A stretch of DNA of 64,000 bases, taken from NCBI GenBank assembly GCA_965112735.1, contig OZ218963.1, positions 3,264,160 to 3,328,159 on the forward strand. The letters run 5' to 3'. The translations under genes were made by a program, and so were the position numbers. The stretch is from Phaeosaccion multiseriatum (Eukaryota > Protista > Ochrophyta, other classes). The notes below the pieces were generated by a model that did no database searches, was not told where the DNA came from, and saw only the letters and a program-made list of their open reading frames with translations. Positions 13,133 through 24,902 of this stretch are shown in pieces (within the stretch, counting starts at the first letter, position 1; each line of letters begins with the position of its first letter).

Positions 13133-13715
13133 TGCTTGGATGGGGGCGCTGCTTCGCCACCGCATCGAGACATGTCTTATCACCAGGTGGAAGACGGAGT
13201 GAACCATATTAGTTAGGGGACTCCCAAATGCTGTATGTCCTGCAAAAGGACCTTTGTTTTTGCGCAGGGACGCAACGCCTCAAACAGAGAGACGTGAGCC
13301 TTCCCCTTCACTGCCCTCATCCCATTCTAAGTCCCTCACCTCCCACGTTGCCGGGGTCACGGCTGACGATGACGACCTTGGCCCCCTCAATCGCGCTTCC
13401 CGACGCGTCCTCCACCATCTCCACCTTCCTGCCTTTCCCCTTCTCCTGCAGTTTCTGGGCAATCACGCCCGCCAGTCCTCGCCGGGGACCCACCACCACC
13501 ACCTTGTCCGAGCCTGCGGCCCCAGCCAGTGCCATTGTCGTCATGCTCCTGCTGCTGTGACTAGGACTACTCCTGCTGCAGCTGCTCCTGCTGCTGGCGA
13601 GCCCTGCTCGCCGGACTACAGTTCCCATGTGGAAAGCTTGAATCTCCTGGCCATTCCATAAACATACTACCGCTACTGCTGCCGCTGTAGCCGCGCAAGA
13701 GCTCAGGCGATGCAT
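10463..13715 (-). CDS. Plastid-targeted protein of unknown function (degenerate Rossmann-like N-terminal part), multi-exon
   Basis: ATG at 13715 has a signal peptide ending IQA|FH and a Ser/Arg-rich transit peptide, then KVVVVG..GLAGVIAQKL. GT-AG exons run through ORFs 11975-12340, 11616-11927, 10741-11355 and 10463-10777. Confidence 0.6.
12812..13056. mobile_element. MITE-like element C (intronic), related to element A
   Basis: Imperfect TIRs TCGGCCCTGGACATGACTA and TAATCATGTCCGGGGCCAA. About six internal CATAATC-AATAATC-AGGCCGGCTG units closely match those of element A. Confidence 0.7.
13060..13129. repeat. (GT)n microsatellite
   Basis: Uninterrupted GT dinucleotide run directly after element C. 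Confidence 0.95.
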
Positions 13716-13799
13716 GCGGAAAGGTAAATGTGGGGGGGAGAGGGAGGCAAATTTCAGTTTCATGGCACCTATCGGTATTAATACAACAAAAACAATTGG

Positions 13800-13868
13800 G
13801 CGGGCGCTGCTATCCGCTATCGGCCGGAGCGCGCTATCGAGAATGTGGGCATTGTTTCAGGGGTCCAC
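13800..13868. repeat. Remnant of the element-D type repeat
   Basis: CTATCCGCTATCGGCCGG is identical to the internal motif of the 39559 element, and is followed by TCAGGGGTCC resembling its right TIR. Confidence 0.45.
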
Positions 13869-13975
13869 AACTACTTTTTTATATTTAGCAAACAAATGAG
13901 GAGGGGATGTGTGGTAAGAGAAGGGAGTATAGACAAGGGCGGAGAAGGAGAGTGAGTGGAGTTCCTCGCTCGCCC

Positions 13976-16069
13976 CTACGATCCGGCCCCTTGCTGCTGC
14001 CCCACGTGTGCGGAAGCTTCCGAGGCCTGCTGATGAACCTCAATGGGCTTGCCCTCATTCTCCCGCACCGCCTTGAAATACGGGTGATCCATGGCGTCTC
14101 GCGCGGTGAGACGTTCCTGATGGTCATACCGCAGCAGCTGAGACACAAAGCTGATGGCGTCGTCACTGACTAAGTGCTGGTTCTCTGGCGTGATGAACTT
14201 TTGCCATGGCTTTTGGCTATGCCGGCCCAAAATGCCGTCGAAGTGAGGGTCCAATTCAAGCTCATACTTGTCCAGGTAGTTAAAGAGCTCGTCCGTGCCA
14301 ATCACCTTGGCGATTTTGACGAGCTGATCATAGTTATCGTGCCCGTGGAAAAACGGCTCCTTTCTGAACACCATGCCGGCAAACATGCACCCCAGGCTCC
14401 ACATGTCCAAGCTGTAGTCATACTCCTGGAGGTCCACCAACAGCTCCGGGCCTTTGAAGTACCTGCTCGCTACCCTGGCGTTGTACTCCCTGTTGGGGTG
14501 GTAGAACTCCGCTAACCCCCAATCAATGAGCCGAAGCTGACGCTTCTCGTGGTCGATCATGACGTTGTGCGGCTTGACATCTCTGTGCATAATTCCGTTA
14601 CTGCGGACAAGCATGACAGAAACAAAACACAACGCGAGCCCGGCGATGAGATGGACAGCGAAGATATTGCGTCAGTGCTTGGTACATCCAAAGAGAGTGC
14701 GGAGGAGGAAGAACCAGATGCTTCCTCGTTTTCCTTCCTCCTTCCCCCAGCGCTACATTCGTGATAACATTCTGCATAGGGAAAATTGGTGCCACCACAC
14801 TTTCGTGACGAACCTATGGCAGTATTCCAGGGCCTTGAGTAGCTCGTGGATGTAGTAGCGAATGTCATAGTCAGTGAGGGTGGGGTACATGACCTTGAAG
14901 TCCCTGTTGTTGATGTACTCAAACACCAGCGACGGCGTCTTACTTTGTGGGTCACGCACCACATCTAATAGCTGGACAATGTTCGTACCACCGCACAGAT
15001 TCTGCAGAATCTTAATCTCTCTGCGGGTTGAGACGGGGAAGCAGTTACGGTAACCAAACCAGAGTTTGGGTCGTAGAAGCGCACAGGGCGGTGGCAGAGG
15101 AGGATCACATGCCAAGGACGGAGAGAGAGAGAAGAGAGTGAGAGAGAGGCATGTCCCAAGGAGGAAGACAGAGAGATAGAGTCAGACCTACCCTCCTTTA
15201 TGGCAGTGCGCACAAACACACGTACACGGCAGCCTGGGCGGTGCGCGTGTGTGGGAAATCACCTAACACCCAACGTCAATCGCTTACCGCTTTATCTTCT
15301 TCTTCTTGACTGGTTTGAGGATCTTGATGACACATTTGGTGTTGTTGACCACATTCATGCCCTCGAACACCTCCGAATACTTGCCCCTCCCGATTTTGCG
15401 AATCACTTCATAGTCCTCCTGCAAGGACATGAGAGTTCAGGTTGTTAGCTCTGGATCGGAGCCCGCGGAAACCACTGGGAGACAGGGCCAGAAGGCGCAG
15501 GGGCACTTGGGTGGCGGAGCTCTAAGCCAAAACAACAAGAGACATGTCACTTTCTTTATCCCGCTCTTCACACCGGAGGGGGGACTAAACCCGCTGTCTC
15601 CTCTGTGCTTTCCTCCCTCACTCACCTGATCTCCCCAGTTCACAACCAAGCTTTCGTAATCCCAGTACTCACGTGGCCTGTGCACGTTCACATCCTTGTA
15701 CACCCTGGTACGGAATTTGAACAACAGCGCAACAAGGGGGGGGGGGAAGCGGCATTAAAGGTCTTGTGATGAGCGAATTTTCATGCAGGACAGGAGGGAG
15801 CGAAAGGAAACAAGAGTGTGGTGACCAGCAGCGAGTAAAAGGCCCATACTCGGGCTCGGAGTGGGGGGGGGGAGAACGGAGAGCGATGGCGAGCGGCAAT
15901 TCTCATTCTCCCTCCCAATCAAGCCCTGTGCTCTTCAAAAGAAGCATTCCAGACGTGACAGACTTGGCACTACCCAAGCACTCAGGTCCTCACTACAAAG
16001 TGGTGTCTCAGGCACTTCCCTAGCCAAGCCGCTCCACGCTCCCAAGACTACTCACCTTGCCGTGCTCAT
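13976..16069 (-). CDS. CSNK2A1: Casein kinase II catalytic subunit alpha
   Basis: Exons give [72 protein letters not shown] and [13 protein letters not shown]. Confidence 0.97.
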
Positions 16070-16456
16070 TGGCGGACGCTTGCGCGAAGCCAAGGCGCTT
16101 TTAGTATAAGAGACCGCTGCGGCCCCTATTCCCCTTCCTCTCAGCTTGATGAAAGTTGGTGAATCAGGACGCTGCTTGCTATTTTAGGTTTGGGGCGTCT
16201 GGAAAAAGTACGAGCAGTGTGGGCCAAGTGGGCCCGGGGGGGGGAAGGGGCTAATTTCAGTTTCCATTTGAGGGTCGGTTGGTTGGTTGGTTGGTTGGCC
16301 ATATTCTTCTCGATCCTCGAGCTCCTCTGCGCGGTCTGGTGGTCTGACCCCTTGAAGCAGAGTAGATTTGCTATACATAGCGTATACCAAGGGGGGGGGG
16401 GGAAAGCGTGGAAGAGAATTGCATGTAGGTGACAAGGTGAGCATGTAATTGGTTCA

Positions 16457-19400
16457 TCAGTCGCTATCGGATACCTCTATCTCTACCCCGCCGCCGTCGT
16501 TCCCGCCGCTGGCCCCTCCGGCTTCGCCACCATCGTTCTCATCATCACCCTCATCTTCAGTACCGTAGTCACTTCCACTGTCGGCATCAACCCCTTGATC
16601 AGAGCGGCGTTGTCCGGTGCCAGACTCCTCCTCCTCCTCCTCCTCCTCCTCCTCCTCCTCCTCCTCTTCCTCCTCCTCCTCCTCCTCCTCCTCAACGTCC
16701 ATCCTATCATCTCCTCGCCCATCATCTTGCTCGCCCTCGACATCGTTGTCCGACCGCTCCAGAGAACCCCCTTCCGTATGACTCCCTCCTCTTCGTCCCA
16801 CATGGTCAGCGTCACTGCTCTCCTCCACCCTTGACCGGCGACCCGCCCTACTCCCTTCACCTCCCGTAACTGATGCGCAAGGGGATGACTCAGCGGCGCT
16901 CACTGATCGAGGCCCCTCATCAGCCTCACACACTTCCATGGTCCCAAGGCGGCAGCTCTCTTTCCCCACCTCCTTGTCGTTCTCATTGTCACCATCATCA
17001 CCAGACCCAAAGTCCTCGCTCTCATTGCGTCGATCCCCGCCTCCGCCCTCCTCTTCCTCAGCATCTGCCTCCTCCTTCTCCTCGTCCTCCTCCCCCTTTT
17101 CCTCGTCCTCCTCGTCCGCCCCTTCTTCGTTCTCCTTGTCGGCTGCTTCCCCCTCTTCCCCCTCCTCCTCGTCCTCCTCGTCCTCCTCGTCCAACTCCCC
17201 CTCGTCCTCCTCCTTCTCCTCCTCACTCTCCTCATCAACATCCCTGCTGTCCGCGTTCTCCACCCACTCCTCATCGCTTTCCTGAATCTCCTCCCCGCGG
17301 AGAAGGTCGAGAACGATTTTTCTTCGCAGTCGGGGAATGTCGAGGTGGCAGAAGCCGAAACTCTTCCCCCTGGAGATTCGGTTGGCAAACATGACCGTGA
17401 AAACTCCGCAGTCGAAGAGGTTCTTCTGCTGGGGTGTGGGGGGAAACACGCGAGGCCACTCACTCATGTCAAAGGGCTCCTTCCGCTTGGACAACGACTC
17501 GTCATTGACATACTTTGCCAAGTTCTCCAGGGCCACCGCGTACTCTCCAGACATGGAGTCATAGTACTCCAGCCTCCTTTCCTTGAAATTGACAGCAGCA
17601 AGGGTCCAATGGTTGAGCCCGACGTTGATTGGCGCCAAGAAGTAGTCCAGATCGAAGAGATTGACCTTAACTCTCTTGGTGTAGTTTCGGACATTGTGGT
17701 ACGAGTAGCCTTCGTAGTTTTCTGACAGCTGCGTGTAGAAGAACGTCTTCATAATTGCGCATTTGAGACGGGGCTCTGTGTCTGTGCTGCTGCCCCCCTC
17801 CTGTGTGGGAAAGGTACGACGCTTTGCCTGCAACACCTTGAGGTACAGATTGACGACCTGTGGGCGTGGCGAGGGGGTGGGAGGAGGGGCGGCGGTGGGG
17901 GTCGTGAAGGTGGGATGAAAAGGTAAGAGACGTCGTCACACCTAGATAGATAGATGTAGATACATAGATATACAGATAAATAGATAGATAGCCCCAGAGG
18001 AACGAACAAAAGAGTAGTAGTAGAGCCTCTTGCAAGGATTCCTTCGCACCAACACCACCAAGAGTGAAGAACGCTTATTGTGTGCTGACGACAAAGCGGT
18101 CCGTCAAGATGCTAATTGAAGCAAGCGTACCTGATCGTTGAGCAAGCACTTGTCCTTCAGCGTGGCCATTGACCTCCTCGTCACTACTTCGTTGAATGCT
18201 TCCACCAGCTCCTGCTCTTTCTCGCCGTCGGCCCACGCGCCTCGAATCTTGAGGAAATGAACAAACAAGGCAGGCAAAGCGAAAGGTGTACCCTCCGGTC
18301 AGTCTCAAGCTTTGGGTTGGGACGAGGGAGGAGAGCCAAACGGCACAATCCAGGTCAATCCGTCACTTTGTGAATGACACTAAACGTCCAGTGGTCACAG
18401 AAGGTATCGAAGGAAATCCCTCTGAGCAGCTCAGGGCATACATGTTATACCTGGTCCGCCTCCTCTGGAGTGAAGAACTGAAGCACATCAGCGCCTCCGT
18501 CTGCACTCCTCGACTCCGCTGAGCTCCCCTCCGCTTCTTCCCCGCTGCCTCCTTCTGCCTCATCATCATGCTGCTCCTCTCCAGCCTCCATTGTGTTTGC
18601 CTTCTGCTCCTGCGCGTCCTCCTCATCCTCGTCTACAAGGAGAGGTCTCTCCACCGTGAGGCCCCCGTCGTGGGGCTGAGGGGCGCGTTTGTCGTCGGAC
18701 AAGACCCTTCGCAATGCGTCGCGCTTCACCCCTTCAGCCTTTTCGGGGTATCTGCTCCCCGCCATTGGGGCGGTTGAGTCAGTCAATGTGCATGAGTGAG
18801 TGCGGGAGCGAGTCAAGCGGCAAGGGAGGCACTCAGGCTGGCAAGTAGAAGGTGGAAAGAGGCCGATCATGCACCCTAGTGATGGAAAGTACGAGACACA
18901 GGCAGGCCTCTTACCTTGACTGAAGCTTTTGGGCCTGCAGATCCGCCTGATTCAGGAATTGCGCCTGGAGGCTTTGTGTGTGCTTCGCTGCGAGCACTCG
19001 GAGATGGTCCAGGTGCTTCCTGGAATGAATGGCTCTCTGGAGGGAGGCGGACACGACAACAGAATACACTCAAACAGTTAGCACCCCGTGGCATGGCAGG
19101 CCTAGAAACTGCGCTCCTGCTATGCACCTCAGCGAATTCCAGCTCTTCTGCTGTCAATGGTCCAGTCAGAGCCGAAGCGCCCAATGAGGCAGCCAGACGA
19201 TGATACATCGGCGCAGATTGATAGCGCTGCTGCTGCTCTGGTGGGCTCTGGAGTTGCTCGTCCTGAGCATAGTAGGAGGGGCGTTGGTAGGCCGCGTTAT
19301 CCCTTGCATCATCACCGACATTGGGTGCCATTTCGCGGAGCGGAAGGAGGGGCCGTAAAGAAGAAGAACAAGAGGAAGAAGCCCCGAGCTGCCACTGGGA

Positions 19401-20340
19401 ATGGCGTCCATGATGATCGTGGTGGTGTTGGTGCTGAACCTCGTCTGGTTCATACTGGAGCTGCTGAGGTGCATTCTCCTTCCTCGCGGCAGCCAATCCC
19501 GCTAGTCCCCGATGCCCAAAGTCGCGTTGCTCCACCCTCCCTCTGCGCTGCTTCGCATCCGTCACAATGCCTGCGAGGCCCCTCTCCCAGTTCCCCGGTG
19601 ACGGAGAGTAGGCATCTTTCCCCTGTCGGCCCCCAAGCTCCTGCAAAAGAAGGAGTCATGAGGTTAACAGGAGTCCGGGTGAACAAGACCAAAGGGGGGA
19701 GCAATGCCAAGAATTCAAGCCCATCGACAAGAACCGGATGTGTGTACGTTCGCACCGATTCCTTCGCCTTGAACGGAGGCATAGATGAACGGAAGTCCAA
19801 GAGACTGGACCGCCTTTCAGCATCGCCGCCATTGAAGCCGTCGCTGCAGCCGCTTCCATCTGGTCTCCGAGTGGAAGTATCGTCGGCACGAGGGGGGGCG
19901 CCAGGGGGCAGTGCTTTCATTGAGCGAAGGAGGCAGCCTTAGCGCCAGCCACCTGCCTTCAAAGGTTTCGACCCCGTGGCGCAAACGTAGGTCTGCCACA
20001 CCCTCAAGCTAGAACAAGACCGAGAGAGCCGTACGTGAAGCCCCCCTTTCAGCCTTCCCCTCCCCACAAGGGGTCCGTTCTCAAGCCCACCCCCCTCATG
20101 CTTGCTTCCCTCGATCCACGCACCTCCTCGTCTTGTTTCTTGGGATTCCCACCTCTCCCTCTTCTCCTCGATCCTCCTTTGTCGCTTGAGTACAGGCGTG
20201 TTAAAGTACGACTCGTTGCTTACTTCTCCTCCCCAATTCAGACTCAGCGCCGAGTGGGGAGGGGCGTCCAAGCTGTGGCGCTTCCTGCCCTGCCCCTGAC
20301 CCCCGCCCCTTTCTCGCCTTCGATTGTCGAGATAAGCCAT
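16457..20340 (-). CDS. Ulp1/SENP-family SUMO protease (peptidase C48) with long acidic C-terminal tail
   Basis: LLNDQVVNLYL, TFFYTQL, PINVGLNHWTL (His), YYDSM (Asp) and PQQKNLFDCGVF (Gln/Cys). The 5' exons are low-complexity, and the ATG at 20340 is inferred. Confidence 0.85.
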
Positions 20341-20405
20341 TTTCTAGGAAGGAAGGAAGGAAAGGGGGGGGGGGGGATGGCACTTATGGGTGTAATAGAT
20401 CACCA
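20341..20405. promoter_or_regulatory. Putative bidirectional promoter between SENP and ORC1
   Basis: Divergent inferred ATGs only 65 bp apart. Similar short divergent gaps occur at 5782-5916, 31047-31206 and 47197-47310. Confidence 0.5.
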
Positions 20406-23400
20406 ATGGCCAAAGCTCTCATTTCCTCCACCAGACCGTGGCTGATGTTTGAATCCGCGGATAGGTTGGGCCTTTCGGCTCAAGGGGATGTCTATTACAA
20501 GGCAATCAAACAGGGAGGAGAGGTGTACAATGTGGGGGACTGCGTTATCATCGAAGGTGACTCGAACTTGTGAGTGAAGGACGGGGAGGAGCTGTGCTTC
20601 ACGGCGTAAAGCACCACCCTCTTGCTGACAGCTGCACAACGCTCCTGGCCGGCGTCGTTCTTTATTCATCCATTCCACGACCGCAGAGACTCTGGAGTGG
20701 CTGAGCTGCTGCACCTGTGGCACCCGAGAGAAGATGCCAGCACGGGCAGGATGGAGTATAGGTGGTTTTACCGGTCTTGGGACGTAGAAAACATGTACGT
20801 GTCCCCCGATTCATCGTCGAAGAGGAAGAGCACTTTCGCTCACACCGCTCTTTTTCCTTTTGTGCGCAGCGTAACGACTACCCTCGCCGCATCTCTCTCG
20901 ACAGGTGTACGGACGACGAAGTAGACGAAGCAGAGATATTTGAGTCGGACCAAGTGGCGGAGAGCCTGCCAGTAGTGAGTGTTTGTGGTTCCCCTTTCTT
21001 TCCTTCGTGGGGGGCGGGGTTACACGGGTGGCAGTGTGGTTGACTATTGGGGGTTTGTTTTCCACTGAAACAGCCCTCTTCCCTCCTCCACTCCTTCTTT
21101 TCTGTGCCCCCCATTCCTCTGCTGGGGCTCAGGATACCATCGTGAGAAAGGTCTGTGTCCTCGATTTCGACTCCTATGTTGACTGGAAAGGTGAAGGGCA
21201 CGCGACGAAAAGGCCAGAGCCAAGGGAGCAAGGCGTTAATGAAAGGTCGCCACTGGCCTTGGATGTGGGCGAGGACTGCAGCTTTGATCGCACTAACTTC
21301 TTCTGCAGAAAGATGTACTACGAGAAGTGGAAAATGATTTCCCCGGTGTGGAACAGGAATGGCATGGAGGATGGTACAGATCGGCGGCAGCGAGCTCTCC
21401 TGTATAGCCGAAGGAAACCTCATCTCCCGTCGACTTTCTCGCCCTCGCTGCAAAAGGCAGCAACCCATTCGGAAGACTCGATTGCTTCGCACCTGAAAGA
21501 AACAAGTCCATCAGAGACACCTGTCAGCAGCAGCAGCCCTCGCAAGAGAGGGGGACAGGAGTTTGAGGACGATGAGAAGGAGGTGGAGAGAGAACAGAGG
21601 CATGCCCGGAAAAGACATCGGTGTGAGCAGCGCCAAGAGCAATGCAGGCAACACCTTGCAGACTTGCAGCAGGCAATGGTTTGTCTGCAGCTCTCTGCCG
21701 TGCCCGAGACGCTGCCCTGCAGGGAGGAGGAAAGAAAGAAGATGTACGGGCTAATACTGTCCGCCCTAAGGTCTGAGAGCAAGGGGGGTAGCATGTACAT
21801 CCATGGCATGCCCGGAACGGGGAAGACTGCCACTGTGAAGGAGGTGGTCCGCGCACTGCAGAGGGAGAGCCACACGACAGGCGTGGCCGCACTACTGGAG
21901 GAGGAGGAGGAGGAGGAGGAGGAGGAGGAGGAGGAGGAGGAGGAGGGCTTCACCGTGGGCAAAGCCAAAGGAAAGGGGAAAGGGAAAGGGAAAGGGGGTA
22001 GGAGGAAGCCACAACAGGAAAAAAGGGAGGTAAAGGGCAGAGAAAAAGGCGCATCCCGAGTAATGGCCCAGACGGGGCCTGACGCAACAGGAGCAGCAGA
22101 TTGGTCAATGAGGCCCGCGGCGGTTCCAGTTCCGCCGTTTCAGCTGGTGGAGATCAACGCTATGCGTCTGCAGAGTCCCGAGCAGGCGTACTCCGTGCTC
22201 TGGGCAGCGATGCAGGGAGGCAGGCTGCAGCCCAAAGAAGCTTTGCGACGGCTCGAGAGGTGGGGGTGACTGTTCCTTTGCTTTTTCTTTTGCTTTTGCT
22301 TTTGCGTCTCCCAACACACGCAAGAATGATGTCTGACACCACAACCCCACGGGACGACAAGAAGGCCGTTTGGGCTGTTGCTGCTGCTACAGCTTCTTCT
22401 TCCCCACCAGAGTCCTAACGGTTCCATGTCCCTTCCTTGCCCGACCGGGCAATGTGCCGGCTGGGGTGCATTGCCTGGGTTGCATTGCTCTGCATGTGTA
22501 GACTCTTGTCCAGTAAAGACACCGCTCGCAAGATGGTTGTGGTGCTGGTGGACGAGCTGGACTTCATGGTCACGCCCAAGGAGGTGGAGATTTACAACTT
22601 GTTCAATTGGCCGGCCCAGGAGGGGTCGCATTTGATCGTCATTGGCATATCCAACACCATGGATCTGCCGGAGCGCCTCAACGTAAGTGTGTGGTGTGGT
22701 GGTGGTAGTCGTGGTCGTGGTGGTGGTGATGTGGTGGTGGTGATGCGGTGGTGGTGGAAAAGAAGGAGTGACAGGTGATAGTCATAACGGTGAGGCAGAG
22801 TAGGAACGCTCGGGCTCGACAATGAAGTGCATGTGGGTGAGTAGACAAGGGGGGAGGAGGTCAAGAGACGAGGATGAGGTCGAGGATGCAGGTCGGGAGG
22901 GAGAGGGAGTAGTCATGGAGGCGGAAGTGGGGGAAGGGGACGAAAGATGAGCGAAAGGATTGGGACAATCTGGGGAGAGGACTGAGGGAGCTTGGCACGT
23001 GAAGACTTCCGCCGCGCACGGACGCGTAACGTAGATGCTCCCTCTCTCCCCTCCCCGGCCCGCTCCGCTCCGTTGTGTCTTGTGTGTTTGCGTTTCTGAC
23101 TGACACGACGCACCCTTTGTGGGCGCACCTCGCCCCCCTCAGCCGCGGGTATTTAGCAGACTCGCCGCCTCCAATCGGATCGTGTTCGGGTCGTACACCC
23201 ACAAGCACATCAATGCCATCCTCAAGGAGAGGCTGGGGGGGCTCAAGGCGTTCTGTCCGGTAGCTGTCGAGCTCGCGGGTAAGGAGATGGGTGTGACAAC
23301 AAGGAGGAGGGGGAGGAGGAGGAGGAGGAGGAGGAGGAGGAGGAGGAGGAAAAGTAGGCGACCGAGGGATGTCATCGGATCTTCCCTACTCCCCTCAGAG

Positions 23401-24681
23401 GGGAAGCACAAAGCACCCTCTAGAGAGGAGAATGACTTTGTCGAGGCCTAGGAAGCGACCCTGCTGCTCCCCCTTTGGCGGTTTCAATGCTCGCCTTGTA
23501 ACTCCTACAGCCACCTCTCCCCTATATTATAGCCTAAGAGCACCTTTCCTTTTGGTTTGTTGCCCGTCGTTGGCCCCCCTCCGTGCGTTGTCCCTTCCCC
23601 CTCTTGCAGCACGGAAGGTCAGTGCTTACTCAGGCGACGTACGGAGTGCTCTTCAGATATGCCGACATGCTGTGGAACTGTGCATAGCACGAGTAGAGGA
23701 AGAGCAAGGGAGGCAAACGCGACAGAGCCAGTACTTGCTCGCGACAAAAGAACAAGACTCTGAGGGGGACGATAGTGGTGATGATGATGCTGCTGAAGAA
23801 GACGGGAAGGAGGGGGGGGCGAATGCCAAAGCCGGCAAAAGCTTCCTGGTAACGCTCGAGGATGTTCAGAAAGCCGCGAAGGATCTCGCCAACCTTTTTC
23901 TCTCCAAGAGAATAACACATGCTGCCCCGATGGAGAAGCTCCTGCTGCTGGCAGTGGCCACGCATCAGTACAACACTGGGCTGCATGAAGTTTCCGTGGA
24001 GGAGATTCTGCCCCGCGTCCAAGCCATGGTGTCGGCAGAGACTGCTGAAAGCTCTCTCTTGTCTGCCGATGCTACTGCTGCTGAGCATGAGGATGATGAT
24101 GATGGTGTCCCTGCAGCTCCTAGGCGCACTTCAACTGGCCGTCGGGGGGCTTTGAGCCTCGAGGTTCCTTTACTTCCCCCCTCCCTCAGTGCGACGGACC
24201 TGATGGGCATTTGCATCACGCTGGGCGAGGCCCAAGTCTTAGACCTGAGCAGGGAGGCCCATGAGCGACAGACTCGCACCACTCTTCACACGGACATGTC
24301 GCTTGCTCAACTCGCGCGTAAGTGCCCCATGTAGGCTTTTGTGGTGAGGTGTAAATTCATGGTGGGGAGGTCAGGCTCGAACGCGGCTGCTGCTGGAGGG
24401 CAACATCTCCTATGGAAGACAGTCTTATTCTGTCCCTGTGTGGGTTAAGTCGAAGATCCATCCCCCTCACCCCACCCGTCACCAAACCTTCTTCGGAGTG
24501 CTGCTTCTAACCGTTCACTCACTCACTTGCTCGCTCTCGCTCTTGTTTATTGCTCCTATTCTCATGTCCCTCCTACTGCCGGGCGGACAACGGATCATGA
24601 ACAGAGCTGCTCCGGGACGACAGCATGGCTCGGAAGCAGCTGCCGCAGGACATACTTTCCGGCCTCGGCCATTTCAAGTGA
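20406..24681 (+). CDS. ORC1: Origin recognition complex subunit 1 (BAH + AAA+ + winged helix)
   Basis: BAH domain (VYNVGDCVII, YRWFYR, EIFESD), LPCREEE, Walker A GMPGTGKT, VEINAMRL, Walker B VLVDELD, YNLFNWP, GISNTMDLPER and SGDVRSALQICR. The last exon (24605-24681) is in phase. Confidence 0.92.
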
Positions 24682-24902
24682 CAGGCCCCAGCTCTGACAA
24701 AGCAGCAGAGACTTTTTGTACCAGAGCTCCCGCTTGCGCAATTCTCACGAACTTGCCGTGGTGGGTGAGGAAGTAGTCGAAGCGTGCGGTTGGTGCAGTA
24801 CGCATCTGTCCCCATGCCCTGGCTCTAAGAACACATGCATGCGCGGCTGAACGAAGAAGGGGGGCCAACTGGGAGCAGTGGGACGTGCAATAGCCAGACA
24901 AG

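Noticed and set aside
840-24681. Functional cluster of genome-maintenance genes (MDC1-like, CK2, SENP, ORC1)
   Set aside because: They are interspersed with unrelated plastid and mitochondrial genes; coincidence is likely without synteny evidence.
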